Assembly: GCA_011192125.1 (NCBI GenBank)
Contig: DUEL01000005.1
Span: 1,512-65,511 of the forward strand
Reading direction: 5' to 3'
DNA from: Thermoflexia bacterium
Lineage (GTDB): Bacteria > Chloroflexota > Anaerolineae > B4-G1 > DUEL01
DNA length: 64,000 bases
This document shows positions 50,207 to 58,596 of this stretch, piece by piece (position 1 is the first letter of the stretch; each line of letters opens with the position of its first letter). The notes under the pieces were generated by a model. That model was not told where the DNA came from. It did not search any database and was given only the letters and a program-made list of their open reading frames with translations. Position numbers and translations under genes: made by a program.

Positions 50207-52426
50207 ATGACCCGACGGGGAAGACGGTTCACCGGTTACCCCCTCCGACGAGGAGCGCAGGAGGCCCCCTCCTGGCGAACCTGGCTGACCAACCCCCTGG
50301 TGCTGCAGGCGATAGCGGTCCTTCTACTGGTACTGGCCCTGCTCACCGGCTTGAACCTGGTACACCTCACCTCGGGCCGCTGGATCGACGCCTGGGTCGG
50401 TTTCCTCCGCTACCTCTTCGGCTGGGGCATCGTGCCGGTGACCTTCGCCTTTGGTGCCGGGGGCATTCTGATCCTCCGGCACCAACTGGACCGGCCCGTG
50501 GTCTGGCGGTGGCGACCGGTGGTGGGGCTGGAACTGCTCTTCTTCGGCCTCCTGGCCCTCACCCATCTGGTCCTCGGCCGGTCCGACCCCTGGGGGCTCG
50601 TCGAGCAGGGTTGGGGCGGAGGGCTGGTCGGCTGGGCCTTTGCCTTCCTGCTGAGCGAGTACCTGGGGCCGCTGGTGGCGGGCATCCTGCTGGCGGCGGT
50701 CGTGCTGCTGGGAGCCGGCCTCGCCTTCGACCTGACCGTGGCGGAGGTTCGCGAGGCACTGAGCCGCCTTCGTCCCCAGGCACCACCCCGTCCTGCCGTC
50801 CGCCGCCGCCCGTCGCCGACCCCGCGGCAGGCCACCCCACCTCCTCCCCCACCCAGCCGCCAGCCCCGAAGGAAACCGCCCGCAGAGCCGCCGCCTCCCA
50901 CCCCTCAGCCAACGGCGGTGAAAGAGCCGCCGCCTCAGCCGAAGACGCTCCCGCTGACAGCGGCCGTGCTATCGGAGGAACTGGAACTACCGCCGCTGGA
51001 TCTCCTGGAGGAAGGGAAGGAGGCCGGACTGAGCGACGAGGAGATCCGGGAGAAGAGCCGCATCATCGTCGAGACGCTGGCCTCCTTCGGGCTGCCGGTG
51101 GAGGTGGTGGAGGTCCGCCGTGGGCCGACCATCACCCAGTTCGGCATCGCGCCTGGCTACACCGAACGGACGGACCGCCACGGCCGCCGCCGGGCCCAGA
51201 AGGTGCGGGTCAGCCAGATCGCCGCCCTCGCCGACGACCTGGCGCTGGCCCTGGCCGCGCCGTCGCTACGCGTCGAGGCCCCCGTGCCCGGCCGATCGGT
51301 GGTCGGCATCGAGGTCCCCAACGACGAGGTCGGGCTGGTGACCCTCCGATCGGTGATGGAGAGCGACGCGTTCCAGACCGCCACCAGCCCGTTGACCGTG
51401 GCTCTGGGGGAGGACGTCTCCGGCGAACCGGTGGTGGCCGACCTCGCGATGATGCCTCACCTCCTCATCGCGGGCACGACCGGCTCGGGCAAGTCGGTCT
51501 GTATCAAGGCGATGGCCACCTGCCTGGCGATGACCAACCGGCCCGACGAACTCCGGTTCGTGATGATCGACCCCAAGATGGTGGAATTGGTCCGCTTCAA
51601 CGGCCTGCCCCACCTCCTGGGCCACACCGAGCACGACCTGGACCGCATCGGGCGGGTGCTCCGATGGGTGGCCCAGGAGATGGACCGGCGGTACAAACTG
51701 TTCGCCACCTCGGGAGCGCGCAACATCGATGACTATAACCAGCGGATCGGAGCGAAACAGGCAGGAGAACGCCTCCCCCACATCGTGGTCTTCATCGACG
51801 AGTTGGCCGACCTGATGATGCTGGCGCCAGATCAGACGGAGCGGACGATCTGCCGGATCGCCCAGATGGCCCGGGCCACCGGCATCCACCTGGTCGTCGC
51901 CACGCAGCGGCCCAGCGTCGACGTGGTGACCGGGTTGATCAAGGCCAACTTCCCCGCCCGCATCTCCTTCGCCACCGCCAGCCAGGTCGACTCACGGGTG
52001 ATTCTCGATATGCCGGGCGCGGAGACCCTGCTGGGCCGGGGGGACATGCTGTATCTGGCCTCCGACGCCGGACATCCGATCCGCGTGCAGGGGTGCTTCG
52101 TCAGCGACGCGGAGATCGAGCGGGTAGTCGACTTCTGGCGGGAGCAGACGGGCGGCTGGACCAGCGAGCCGCCCTGGGAGGGTATAATGCCCACCGGCAA
52201 GGAAGAGGCTGCAGCCAGATTGGACGAGGAGGACGCGCTGCTCCAGCAGGCCATCGAACTGGTGAAGCGACGGAGCACCATCACCGCCTCCTACCTCCAG
52301 CGACGGCTGCGGATCGGCTACCCCCGTGCCGCCCGCCTGATCGAACAACTGGAGGAAATGGGCCTCATCGGTCCTCAAGAGGCCGCCGGTCGTCCACGTC
52401 GGGTCATCGGCGGAGAGGGGGAATAG
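50207..52426 (+). CDS. ftsK: DNA translocase FtsK/SpoIIIE
   Basis: 4TM region, GIEVPN, AGTTGSGKS, IDELAD, ATQRPS, LQRRLRIGYPRAARL. Confidence 0.97.
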   Translation: MTRRGRRFTGYPLRRGAQEAPSWRTWLTNPLVLQAIAVLLLVLALLTGLNLVHLTSGRWIDAWVGFLRYLFGWGIVPVTFAFGAGGILILRHQLDRPVVWRWRPVVGLELLFFGLLALTHLVLGRSDPWGLVEQGWGGGLVGWAFAFLLSEYLGPLVAGILLAAVVLLGAGLAFDLTVAEVREALSRLRPQAPPRPAVRRRPSPTPRQATPPPPPPSRQPRRKPPAEPPPPTPQPTAVKEPPPQPKTLPLTAAVLSEELELPPLDLLEEGKEAGLSDEEIREKSRIIVETLASFGLPVEVVEVRRGPTITQFGIAPGYTERTDRHGRRRAQKVRVSQIAALADDLALALAAPSLRVEAPVPGRSVVGIEVPNDEVGLVTLRSVMESDAFQTATSPLTVALGEDVSGEPVVADLAMMPHLLIAGTTGSGKSVCIKAMATCLAMTNRPDELRFVMIDPKMVELVRFNGLPHLLGHTEHDLDRIGRVLRWVAQEMDRRYKLFATSGARNIDDYNQRIGAKQAGERLPHIVVFIDELADLMMLAPDQTERTICRIAQMARATGIHLVVATQRPSVDVVTGLIKANFPARISFATASQVDSRVILDMPGAETLLGRGDMLYLASDAGHPIRVQGCFVSDAEIERVVDFWREQTGGWTSEPPWEGIMPTGKEEAAARLDEEDALLQQAIELVKRRSTITASYLQRRLRIGYPRAARLIEQLEEMGLIGPQEAAGRPRRVIGGEGE

Positions 52427-52431
52427 GTCGG

Positions 52432-53253
52432 GTGACGGAAGAGAACACCGTCTATCACGTGTTCGCGGTCTCCGACGGCACTGGCGCTACGGCGGAACGG
52501 GTCATCCGGGCCGCCCTCACCCAGTTCACGAAGCCAGTCGAGGTAGAGCGGTTCGGCGAGGTACGCACCGTCCAACAGGTCAAGGACCTGGTCCAGCAAG
52601 CGGCTGAGCAAGGGGCTTTCATCGTCCATACTCTGGTGACGCCTGACCTGCGCCGGGCGATGTTCGAGGAGGGGCGGAGGCGGAACGTCTCCACGCTGGA
52701 CCTGATGGGCCCTCTGCTGGACCGGCTGTCGGACCTGCTGGGCACGTCCCCGTTGGCCCGGCCCGGCGTATACGGCCCGATGACCGAGGCCTACTACCGT
52801 CGCATCGAGGCGATCGAGTTCGCGCTGGGGCACGACGACGGCCGTCATCCCGAAGAGCTGGAGCACGCAGAGATCGTCCTGGTGGGCGTATCCCGCACCG
52901 GGAAGACGCCCCTCAGCATGTATCTCTCCTATCGAGGGTGGCTGGTCGGCAACGTGCCTATCGTCCCAGGCATCGATCCTCCTGAGATCCTATTCCGGCT
53001 CCCGCCCAACCGGGTGATCGGCCTGACGGTCGAAGCGAGGCGGCTGGCGACCCTTCGCCGGGCCCGCGCCCAGCGGCTGGGTGGTCAACTCCGGGAGTAC
53101 ACGGACCTGGCGCGCGTGCGGGAGGAGGTTCGACACGCCCTGAGGATCTTCCACCAGCACAACTGGCCCATCGTGGATATGACCTCCAAGCCGATCGAGG
53201 AGGCCGCTGCCGAGATCGTCGCCATCGTGGAGCAGAAGGACATCGCTGAATGA
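52432..53253 (+). CDS. ppsR: PEP synthase / PPDK regulatory kinase-pyrophosphorylase (DUF299)
   Basis: VSDGTGATA, HDDG, GVSRTGKTPLSMYL, IEEAA. Confidence 0.92.
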   Translation: MTEENTVYHVFAVSDGTGATAERVIRAALTQFTKPVEVERFGEVRTVQQVKDLVQQAAEQGAFIVHTLVTPDLRRAMFEEGRRRNVSTLDLMGPLLDRLSDLLGTSPLARPGVYGPMTEAYYRRIEAIEFALGHDDGRHPEELEHAEIVLVGVSRTGKTPLSMYLSYRGWLVGNVPIVPGIDPPEILFRLPPNRVIGLTVEARRLATLRRARAQRLGGQLREYTDLARVREEVRHALRIFHQHNWPIVDMTSKPIEEAAAEIVAIVEQKDIAE

Positions 53254-55892
53254 GCACAACGAAAGTCACCCCGATCCGCAAGCAGTACCTCCAGTTGAAG
53301 GCCCAGCATCCAGACGCGATCCTCTTTTTTCGACTGGGCGACTTCTACGAGACGTTCGACCAGGACGCCGAGATCGCGGCCAGGGAACTGGACCTGGTGC
53401 TGACCTCTCGCCCGGTCGCCAAGGGGGTGCGGGTGCCGATGGCGGGGGTGCCTCACCACGCCATCGAGGGGTACATTGCCCGCCTGATCGAGAAAGGCTA
53501 CCGGGTCGCCATCGCCGAGCAGGTGGGGGAGGTCACCGGCAAGGGATTGGTCCATCGGGAGGTGGTCCGCGTCGTCACGCCGGGCACCGTAGTCGAACCG
53601 GCGCTGCTGGAGGCGAAGCGACCCAACTACCTGGTCGCTCTGGTGATCGAAGGGGACCGGGCCGGGCTGGCTTACACCGACATCACCACCGGCGAGTTCG
53701 CCGCCGCCCAACTGGCCCGCGAGGAGGTCCCCCGCGAACTGGCCCGTCTCCAGCCCAGGGAATGCCTCGTGCCCACGCTGGAGGAGGGTGCTGGAGGTAC
53801 AGACACAAGAGGCCAGAGCGCAATCGAATTGCACCCTGACCCCATCCCCGTCCCTATCCCCTCCGACACTCACCTCACCCCCCTCCCCCCCTACCGCTTC
53901 GAGTTGGGCGCAGCCCGCCAGGCCCTCCTCGACCACTTCCGGGTGAGCACCCTGGAGGGGTTCGGCTGCGAAGGGAAGCCCCTGGCGGTCCGCGCCGCTG
54001 GTGCGATCATCCAATACCTCCGGGAGACCCAGAAGGGCTCACTGACCCAACTGACCACCCTGCGGACCTACTCCACCGACCGGTTTATGGTGCTGGACCC
54101 CGCCACGCGGCGCAACCTGGAACTGACGGAGACGCTGCGGGAGCGGAAGATACAGGGGTCGCTGCTGGGGGTGCTGGACCGGACCCTGACGCCGATGGGC
54201 GGGCGGCTCCTGCGGGCGCGGCTGGCCCAGCCACTGGTGGACCGGGAAGCGATCGAGGCGCGGCTGGACGAGGTGGAGGCCTTCGTTGAAGACGGGGTCC
54301 TCCGGACACGGGTGCGGGAGGCCCTGAAGGACTTCCCCGACCTGGAGCGGCTGACCAACCGGGTCCTCGGCTCCATCGCCACGCCGCGCGACCTGGTGGG
54401 GATACGGCGGGCATTGGAGGCGGTGAAAGAGGCAAGGAGCAGGATGCAGGAAGCGGGGAAGCAGGGAGGTGAGGAAAGGGCTGCATCCTGCGTCCTACGT
54501 CTTGCATCCTCGCTGGATCCGTGCGAGGACGTCGTCTCGCTGATCCGCGCCGCCATCGTGGACGACCCGCCCGCCTCTCTTTCTGCTGGGGGAGTGATCC
54601 GGCCTGGGTTCTCCGAGGAGTTGGACGGGCTGCTCCGGTCGGTGCGGGAGGCGCGGGAGTGGCTGGCAAGCCTGGAGCGGCGGGAGCAGGAGCGGACCGG
54701 CATCAAGAACCTCAAGGTCGGCTACAACAAGGTCTTCGGCTACTACATCGAGGTCACCAAGTCCAACCTCCACGCCGTCCCGGACGACTACATCCGCAAG
54801 CAGACCCTGGTCAACGCCGAGCGGTTCATCACGCCGGAACTGAAGGAGGTGGAGGCCCGCATCCTCAACGCCGAGGAGCGACAGGCGGAGGTAGAGGCCC
54901 GGATCTTCCGCGAGGTCTGCCAGCGGGTCGCCGCCCGCGCCCACGCGCTGCTGGAGACCGCCCGCACCGTCGCCCGCATCGACGTGGCGGCCTCGCTGGC
55001 CGAGGTCGCCGTCCGCAACCGGTACGTCCGCCCCGAACTGACGGAGGAGAACGTCTTAGAGATCGTCGGCGGGCGGCACCCGGTGGTGGAGCAGACCCTG
55101 CGGGAGGAGCCCTTCGTCCCCAACGACCTTCACCTCGACGAGGAGATCCGCATCCTGATCATCACCGGCCCCAACATGGCCGGGAAGTCCGTCTATCTAC
55201 GGCAGAACGCCCTCATCGTCCTGATGGCGCAGATGGGGAGTTTCGTCCCCGCCGAGCGCGCGCGGATTGGACTGGTGGACCGTATCTTCACGCGGATCGG
55301 TGCGCAGGACGAGGTGGCGGCGGGGCAGTCCACCTTTATGGTCGAGATGGTGGAAACGGCCAACATCCTCCACAACGCCACCCCCCGCAGCCTCCTGATC
55401 CTCGACGAGATCGGTCGCGGCACCTCCACCTACGACGGCATCTCCATCGCCTGGGCGGTGGTGGAGTACCTGCACAACCATCCGGAGCGGCGGGCGCGGA
55501 CCCTATTCGCCACCCACTACCACGAACTGACCGAGTTGGCAAACCGCCTGCCAGGGGTGCGCAACGTCAACCTGGCGGTGCGGGAGGAGGAAGGGCGGGT
55601 GATCTTCCTGCACAAGGTGGTCCCTGGCGGAGCGGACCGTTCTTACGGCATCCACGTGGCCCAGTTGGCGGGCGTCCCCCGACCGGTGATCAACCGGGCG
55701 CAGGAACTGCTGGAGGGGCTGGAGAGCGGCAAGTTCCGCCCCGGCACCCCCGCCCCGGAGCCGTACCAGCCGGTCCTCTTCGCCGACGAGCACCCGGTGG
55801 TGGAGGAACTGCGGCGGCTGGACGTCTCCCAGATGACGCCGCTGGAGGCCATTAACAAATTGTACGAGTTACAGCGGAAGGTGGAGGAGTAA
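53250..55892 (+). CDS. mutS: DNA mismatch repair protein MutS
   Basis: FRLGDFYE, GPNMAGKS, STFMVEM, DEIGRGTS, ATHYHEL, SYGIHVA. Confidence 0.98.
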   Translation: MSTTKVTPIRKQYLQLKAQHPDAILFFRLGDFYETFDQDAEIAARELDLVLTSRPVAKGVRVPMAGVPHHAIEGYIARLIEKGYRVAIAEQVGEVTGKGLVHREVVRVVTPGTVVEPALLEAKRPNYLVALVIEGDRAGLAYTDITTGEFAAAQLAREEVPRELARLQPRECLVPTLEEGAGGTDTRGQSAIELHPDPIPVPIPSDTHLTPLPPYRFELGAARQALLDHFRVSTLEGFGCEGKPLAVRAAGAIIQYLRETQKGSLTQLTTLRTYSTDRFMVLDPATRRNLELTETLRERKIQGSLLGVLDRTLTPMGGRLLRARLAQPLVDREAIEARLDEVEAFVEDGVLRTRVREALKDFPDLERLTNRVLGSIATPRDLVGIRRALEAVKEARSRMQEAGKQGGEERAASCVLRLASSLDPCEDVVSLIRAAIVDDPPASLSAGGVIRPGFSEELDGLLRSVREAREWLASLERREQERTGIKNLKVGYNKVFGYYIEVTKSNLHAVPDDYIRKQTLVNAERFITPELKEVEARILNAEERQAEVEARIFREVCQRVAARAHALLETARTVARIDVAASLAEVAVRNRYVRPELTEENVLEIVGGRHPVVEQTLREEPFVPNDLHLDEEIRILIITGPNMAGKSVYLRQNALIVLMAQMGSFVPAERARIGLVDRIFTRIGAQDEVAAGQSTFMVEMVETANILHNATPRSLLILDEIGRGTSTYDGISIAWAVVEYLHNHPERRARTLFATHYHELTELANRLPGVRNVNLAVREEEGRVIFLHKVVPGGADRSYGIHVAQLAGVPRPVINRAQELLEGLESGKFRPGTPAPEPYQPVLFADEHPVVEELRRLDVSQMTPLEAINKLYELQRKVEE
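54430..54511. repeat. Heptamer-based inverted repeat inside mutS (in frame)
   Basis: gcaggatgcag (54439-54449) / ctgcatcctgc (54481-54491) within GCAGGA[T/A] and TGCATCC unit runs. Confidence 0.7.
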
Positions 55893-55925
55893 CAGTAACC
55901 CCACGCAGAACACGGAACACCTAGA

Positions 55926-56933
55926 ATGAAAGAGATCCTACCCGACCTGACCCGCTGGCTCGCCTCCGGCGAGCGCGTCGCCCTGGCGACGGTGATCCGC
56001 GCTCAGGGTCCCTCCCCGCGACCGGTGGGGGCCTGCCTGGCGGTCACGGCCTCCGGTAAGATGGCCGGCTCCGTCAGCGGGGGGTGTGTGGAGGGAGCCG
56101 TCTTCCGGGAGGCCCAGGCGGTGCTGGAGGGCGCACCCCCCAAGCGGCTCCGGTACGGCGTGGCGGACGAAGGGGGCTGGGAGGTGGGGCTGGCCTGCGG
56201 GGGGACCATCGAGATCTACCTGGAGCCGCTGGCCCCCATTCACGAGCGGCTCCTGGAGGCCCTGCGGGCCGATGAGACGGTGGCCCTGGTCACTCGGCTC
56301 GACGGCGGCGGTCACCTCCTGGCCTGGCCGGACGGACAGATGGAGGGGGATCGCTCTCTGGCCGATGAACTGGAGACCGCTTTCCCAGGCCCCCTGGCCG
56401 AACTCCGGCCGTCCCCCCAGGGCGACCGCTTCGTCCAGGTCTTCGCCCCGCCCCCCACCCTCACCATCGTCGGCGCGGTCCACCTGGCCCAGCCGCTGGT
56501 CCGCCTGGCCCAGGTGCTGGGCTTCCGCGTGAGGGTGGTGGACGCGCGGCGGGTCTTCGCCACGCGGGACCGGTTCCCCACGGCGGACGAACTGGTGGTC
56601 GCTTGGCCGAAGGAGGCGCTGGGACCGGACCACCTGCGCCCGTCCGACGCCCTGGTCGTCCTCACCCACGACCCCAAGTTCGACGTGCCCGCGCTGGAGA
56701 TCGCGCTGAGAAGCCCCGTGGGCTACATCGGCCTCCTCGGATCGCAAAGCACCCAGGCCCGCCGGAAGAAGGCGTTGAAAGAGCGGGGATTTACAGAAAA
56801 GGACCTGGCCCGCATCCACGGGCCGGTGGGGCTGGACGTGGGGAACTCGCCGGAGGAAATCGCCCTGGGCATCCTGGCCGAGATCGTTGCCCATCGGAAC
56901 CGCACGATCCGCACTCCACGCCCCCCACCCTGA
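55926..56933 (+). CDS. XdhC/CoxI family molybdenum cofactor insertion chaperone
   Basis: GSVSGGCVEG, GLACGG, YIGLLGS, PEEIA. Confidence 0.93.
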   Translation: MKEILPDLTRWLASGERVALATVIRAQGPSPRPVGACLAVTASGKMAGSVSGGCVEGAVFREAQAVLEGAPPKRLRYGVADEGGWEVGLACGGTIEIYLEPLAPIHERLLEALRADETVALVTRLDGGGHLLAWPDGQMEGDRSLADELETAFPGPLAELRPSPQGDRFVQVFAPPPTLTIVGAVHLAQPLVRLAQVLGFRVRVVDARRVFATRDRFPTADELVVAWPKEALGPDHLRPSDALVVLTHDPKFDVPALEIALRSPVGYIGLLGSQSTQARRKKALKERGFTEKDLARIHGPVGLDVGNSPEEIALGILAEIVAHRNRTIRTPRPPP

Positions 56934-56981
56934 ACCCCATCCTTTGCATCCTGCGCCCTTACAACCCACAGAGGTGTTCCT

Positions 56982-57758
56982 ATGCTAACCCCAGAACAGC
57001 GAGAGCGTTTCGCCCGCCAATTGGTGCTGGAAGGGATCGGCGAGGAAGGGCAGGAACGGTTAGCGGCTGCCCGCGTGCTCGTCGTCGGCGCAGGAGGGCT
57101 GGGCTCTGCCGCCTGCTTCTATCTGGCCGCGGCGGGGGTGGGCTCCCTCGGCATCGTGGACGCCGACGTGGTGGCCCTTTCCAACCTCAACCGGCAGATC
57201 CTCCACGCCACCGCCGACCTGGGGCGGCCGAAGACCGAATCCGCCGCCGAGACCCTCCGGGCGCTGAACCCCGACCTGGAGGTGGTCCAATATCCGGAGC
57301 GGCTGACCCCCGCGCGGGCCGAAGCGCTGGCGACGGAGTACGACCTGGTGATGGAGTGCTCCGACAACTTCGAGACCAAGTTCCTCGTCAACGCGGCCTG
57401 CGTGCAGGCGGGGAGGCCGTTGGTGTGGGCCTCCGTGCTGGCGTGGGAGGGGCAGATGTCGGTGGTGGTGCCCGGTGAGGGACCGTGCTATCGGTGCCTC
57501 TTCCCACCCCACCTCGACCTGAGCGGCGCGCCGACGGCGAAGGAGGTGGGTATCCTGGGAGCCGTCGCCGGGACATTCGGCGCGCTGGAGGCGGTGGAGG
57601 CGGTGAAGGTGCTGCTGGGGATCGGGAAGCCGTTGGTGGGCCGGCTGCTGGCCTGGGACGGTCTCACCGCAACCTTCGACCTGATCGCCTTCGAGCGCCA
57701 ACCAGGATGTCCAGTATGCCATCACAGGGACAGAGGGAGCACGGAGAGATCACCCTGA
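56982..57758 (+). CDS. ThiF/MoeB/HesA family adenylyltransferase
   Basis: VVGAGGLGS, SNLNRQ, DNF, PCYRC, CPVC. Confidence 0.93.
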   Translation: MLTPEQRERFARQLVLEGIGEEGQERLAAARVLVVGAGGLGSAACFYLAAAGVGSLGIVDADVVALSNLNRQILHATADLGRPKTESAAETLRALNPDLEVVQYPERLTPARAEALATEYDLVMECSDNFETKFLVNAACVQAGRPLVWASVLAWEGQMSVVVPGEGPCYRCLFPPHLDLSGAPTAKEVGILGAVAGTFGALEAVEAVKVLLGIGKPLVGRLLAWDGLTATFDLIAFERQPGCPVCHHRDRGSTERSP

Positions 57759-57795
57759 ACAAAACGGCTTCTGTGCCTTCTGCACCGCTGCGGTG
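57722..57795. repeat. Family A repeat overlapping the 3' end of the MoeB-like gene
   Basis: tcacagggacagagggagcacggag ... ttctgtgccttctgcaccgctgcggtg. Confidence 0.6.
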
Positions 57796-57855
57796 GAATT
57801 GCGCCATACTCAGGTGCTATTCCCCAGATTTTAAGAAAAAAAGGGGCCTCCCCGC

Positions 57856-57884
57856 TTGCCCCGCGCCCTCGGGTATGGTATAAT
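57856..57884 (+). promoter_or_regulatory. nrdR-nrdD promoter
   Basis: TTGCCC-17 nt-TATAAT with TGn extension. Confidence 0.75.
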
Positions 57885-57893
57885 AACCATGAA

Positions 57894-57940
57894 CCCCTAG
57901 ATATGGGGGTTTTTGGCTCTAAAGCCCCCATATCTGGCGA
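57894..57940 (+). promoter_or_regulatory. Tandem NrdR boxes
   Basis: cccctagatatggggg and cccccatatctggcga, 31 nt apart, resembling consensus acaCwAtATaTwGtg, just downstream of the -10. Confidence 0.75.
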
Positions 57941-57969
57941 TCTCCCACCCAAGGACAAGGAGTAGCGGG

Positions 57970-58422
57970 ATGAAGTGTCCCCACTGTGGGGCTGAACGCA
58001 GCCGGGTCATCGCCACCGACCATGATGCCCGAGGGATCCGCCGTCGGCGGGAGTGCCGCACGTGCGGGCAGCGGTTCACCACGCTGGAGCGGCCGATCCT
58101 CACCACCCCCCTGGTCGTGAAGCGGGACGGCCGGCGAGAGGAGTTCGACCGGCAGAAGGTGCTCTCCGGGCTGCGCACCGCCTGCGCCCGCCGGCCCATC
58201 TCCGCCGATGAACTGGAGCGGCTGGTGGACCGAGTAGAGGACCGCATCCGGCAGATGGGCAAGACCGAGGTCCCCAGCCGCGCCATCGGTGACATGGTGA
58301 TCGCCGAACTGCGAGAACTGGACCCCGTTTCCTACATCCGCTACGCCATTGTCTACCTGGGCCTGGAGGACCTGGAAGCGGTCCGCGCCGAGATCAATCG
58401 GTTGCTGGAAGCCGACCAATAG
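57970..58422 (+). CDS. nrdR: Transcriptional repressor NrdR
   Basis: MKCPHC...IRRRRECRTCGQRFTTLE, VVKRDG ATP cone, YIRYA. Confidence 0.96.
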   Translation: MKCPHCGAERSRVIATDHDARGIRRRRECRTCGQRFTTLERPILTTPLVVKRDGRREEFDRQKVLSGLRTACARRPISADELERLVDRVEDRIRQMGKTEVPSRAIGDMVIAELRELDPVSYIRYAIVYLGLEDLEAVRAEINRLLEADQ

Positions 58423-58509
58423 CCGAACGGCCAATGGCCCAACGGCCATCCTACGGTTGGTCATTGGGCCATTGTCGGTCATCACACCGGGATCAAACGC
58501 GCCAACACC

Positions 58510-58574
58510 GTCGCAGGGATGTGGAGAACGCGAGGGAACCATCTCAACGCTACGTTCTCCGTGTCCCTGTGGTG
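58510..58574. repeat. Family A repeat (degenerate)
   Basis: gtcgcagggatgtggagaacg ... cgttctccgtgtccctgtggtg. Confidence 0.65.
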
Positions 58575-58596
58575 AAAGACCTCAGCGAGGCACAAA

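Noticed and set aside
53780..53870. Low-complexity stretch in mutS (EEGAGGTDTRGQSAIELHPDPIPVP) as another repeat insertion
   Set aside because: No clear inverted repeat or match to the families here; may be an ordinary variable loop. An alignment is needed.
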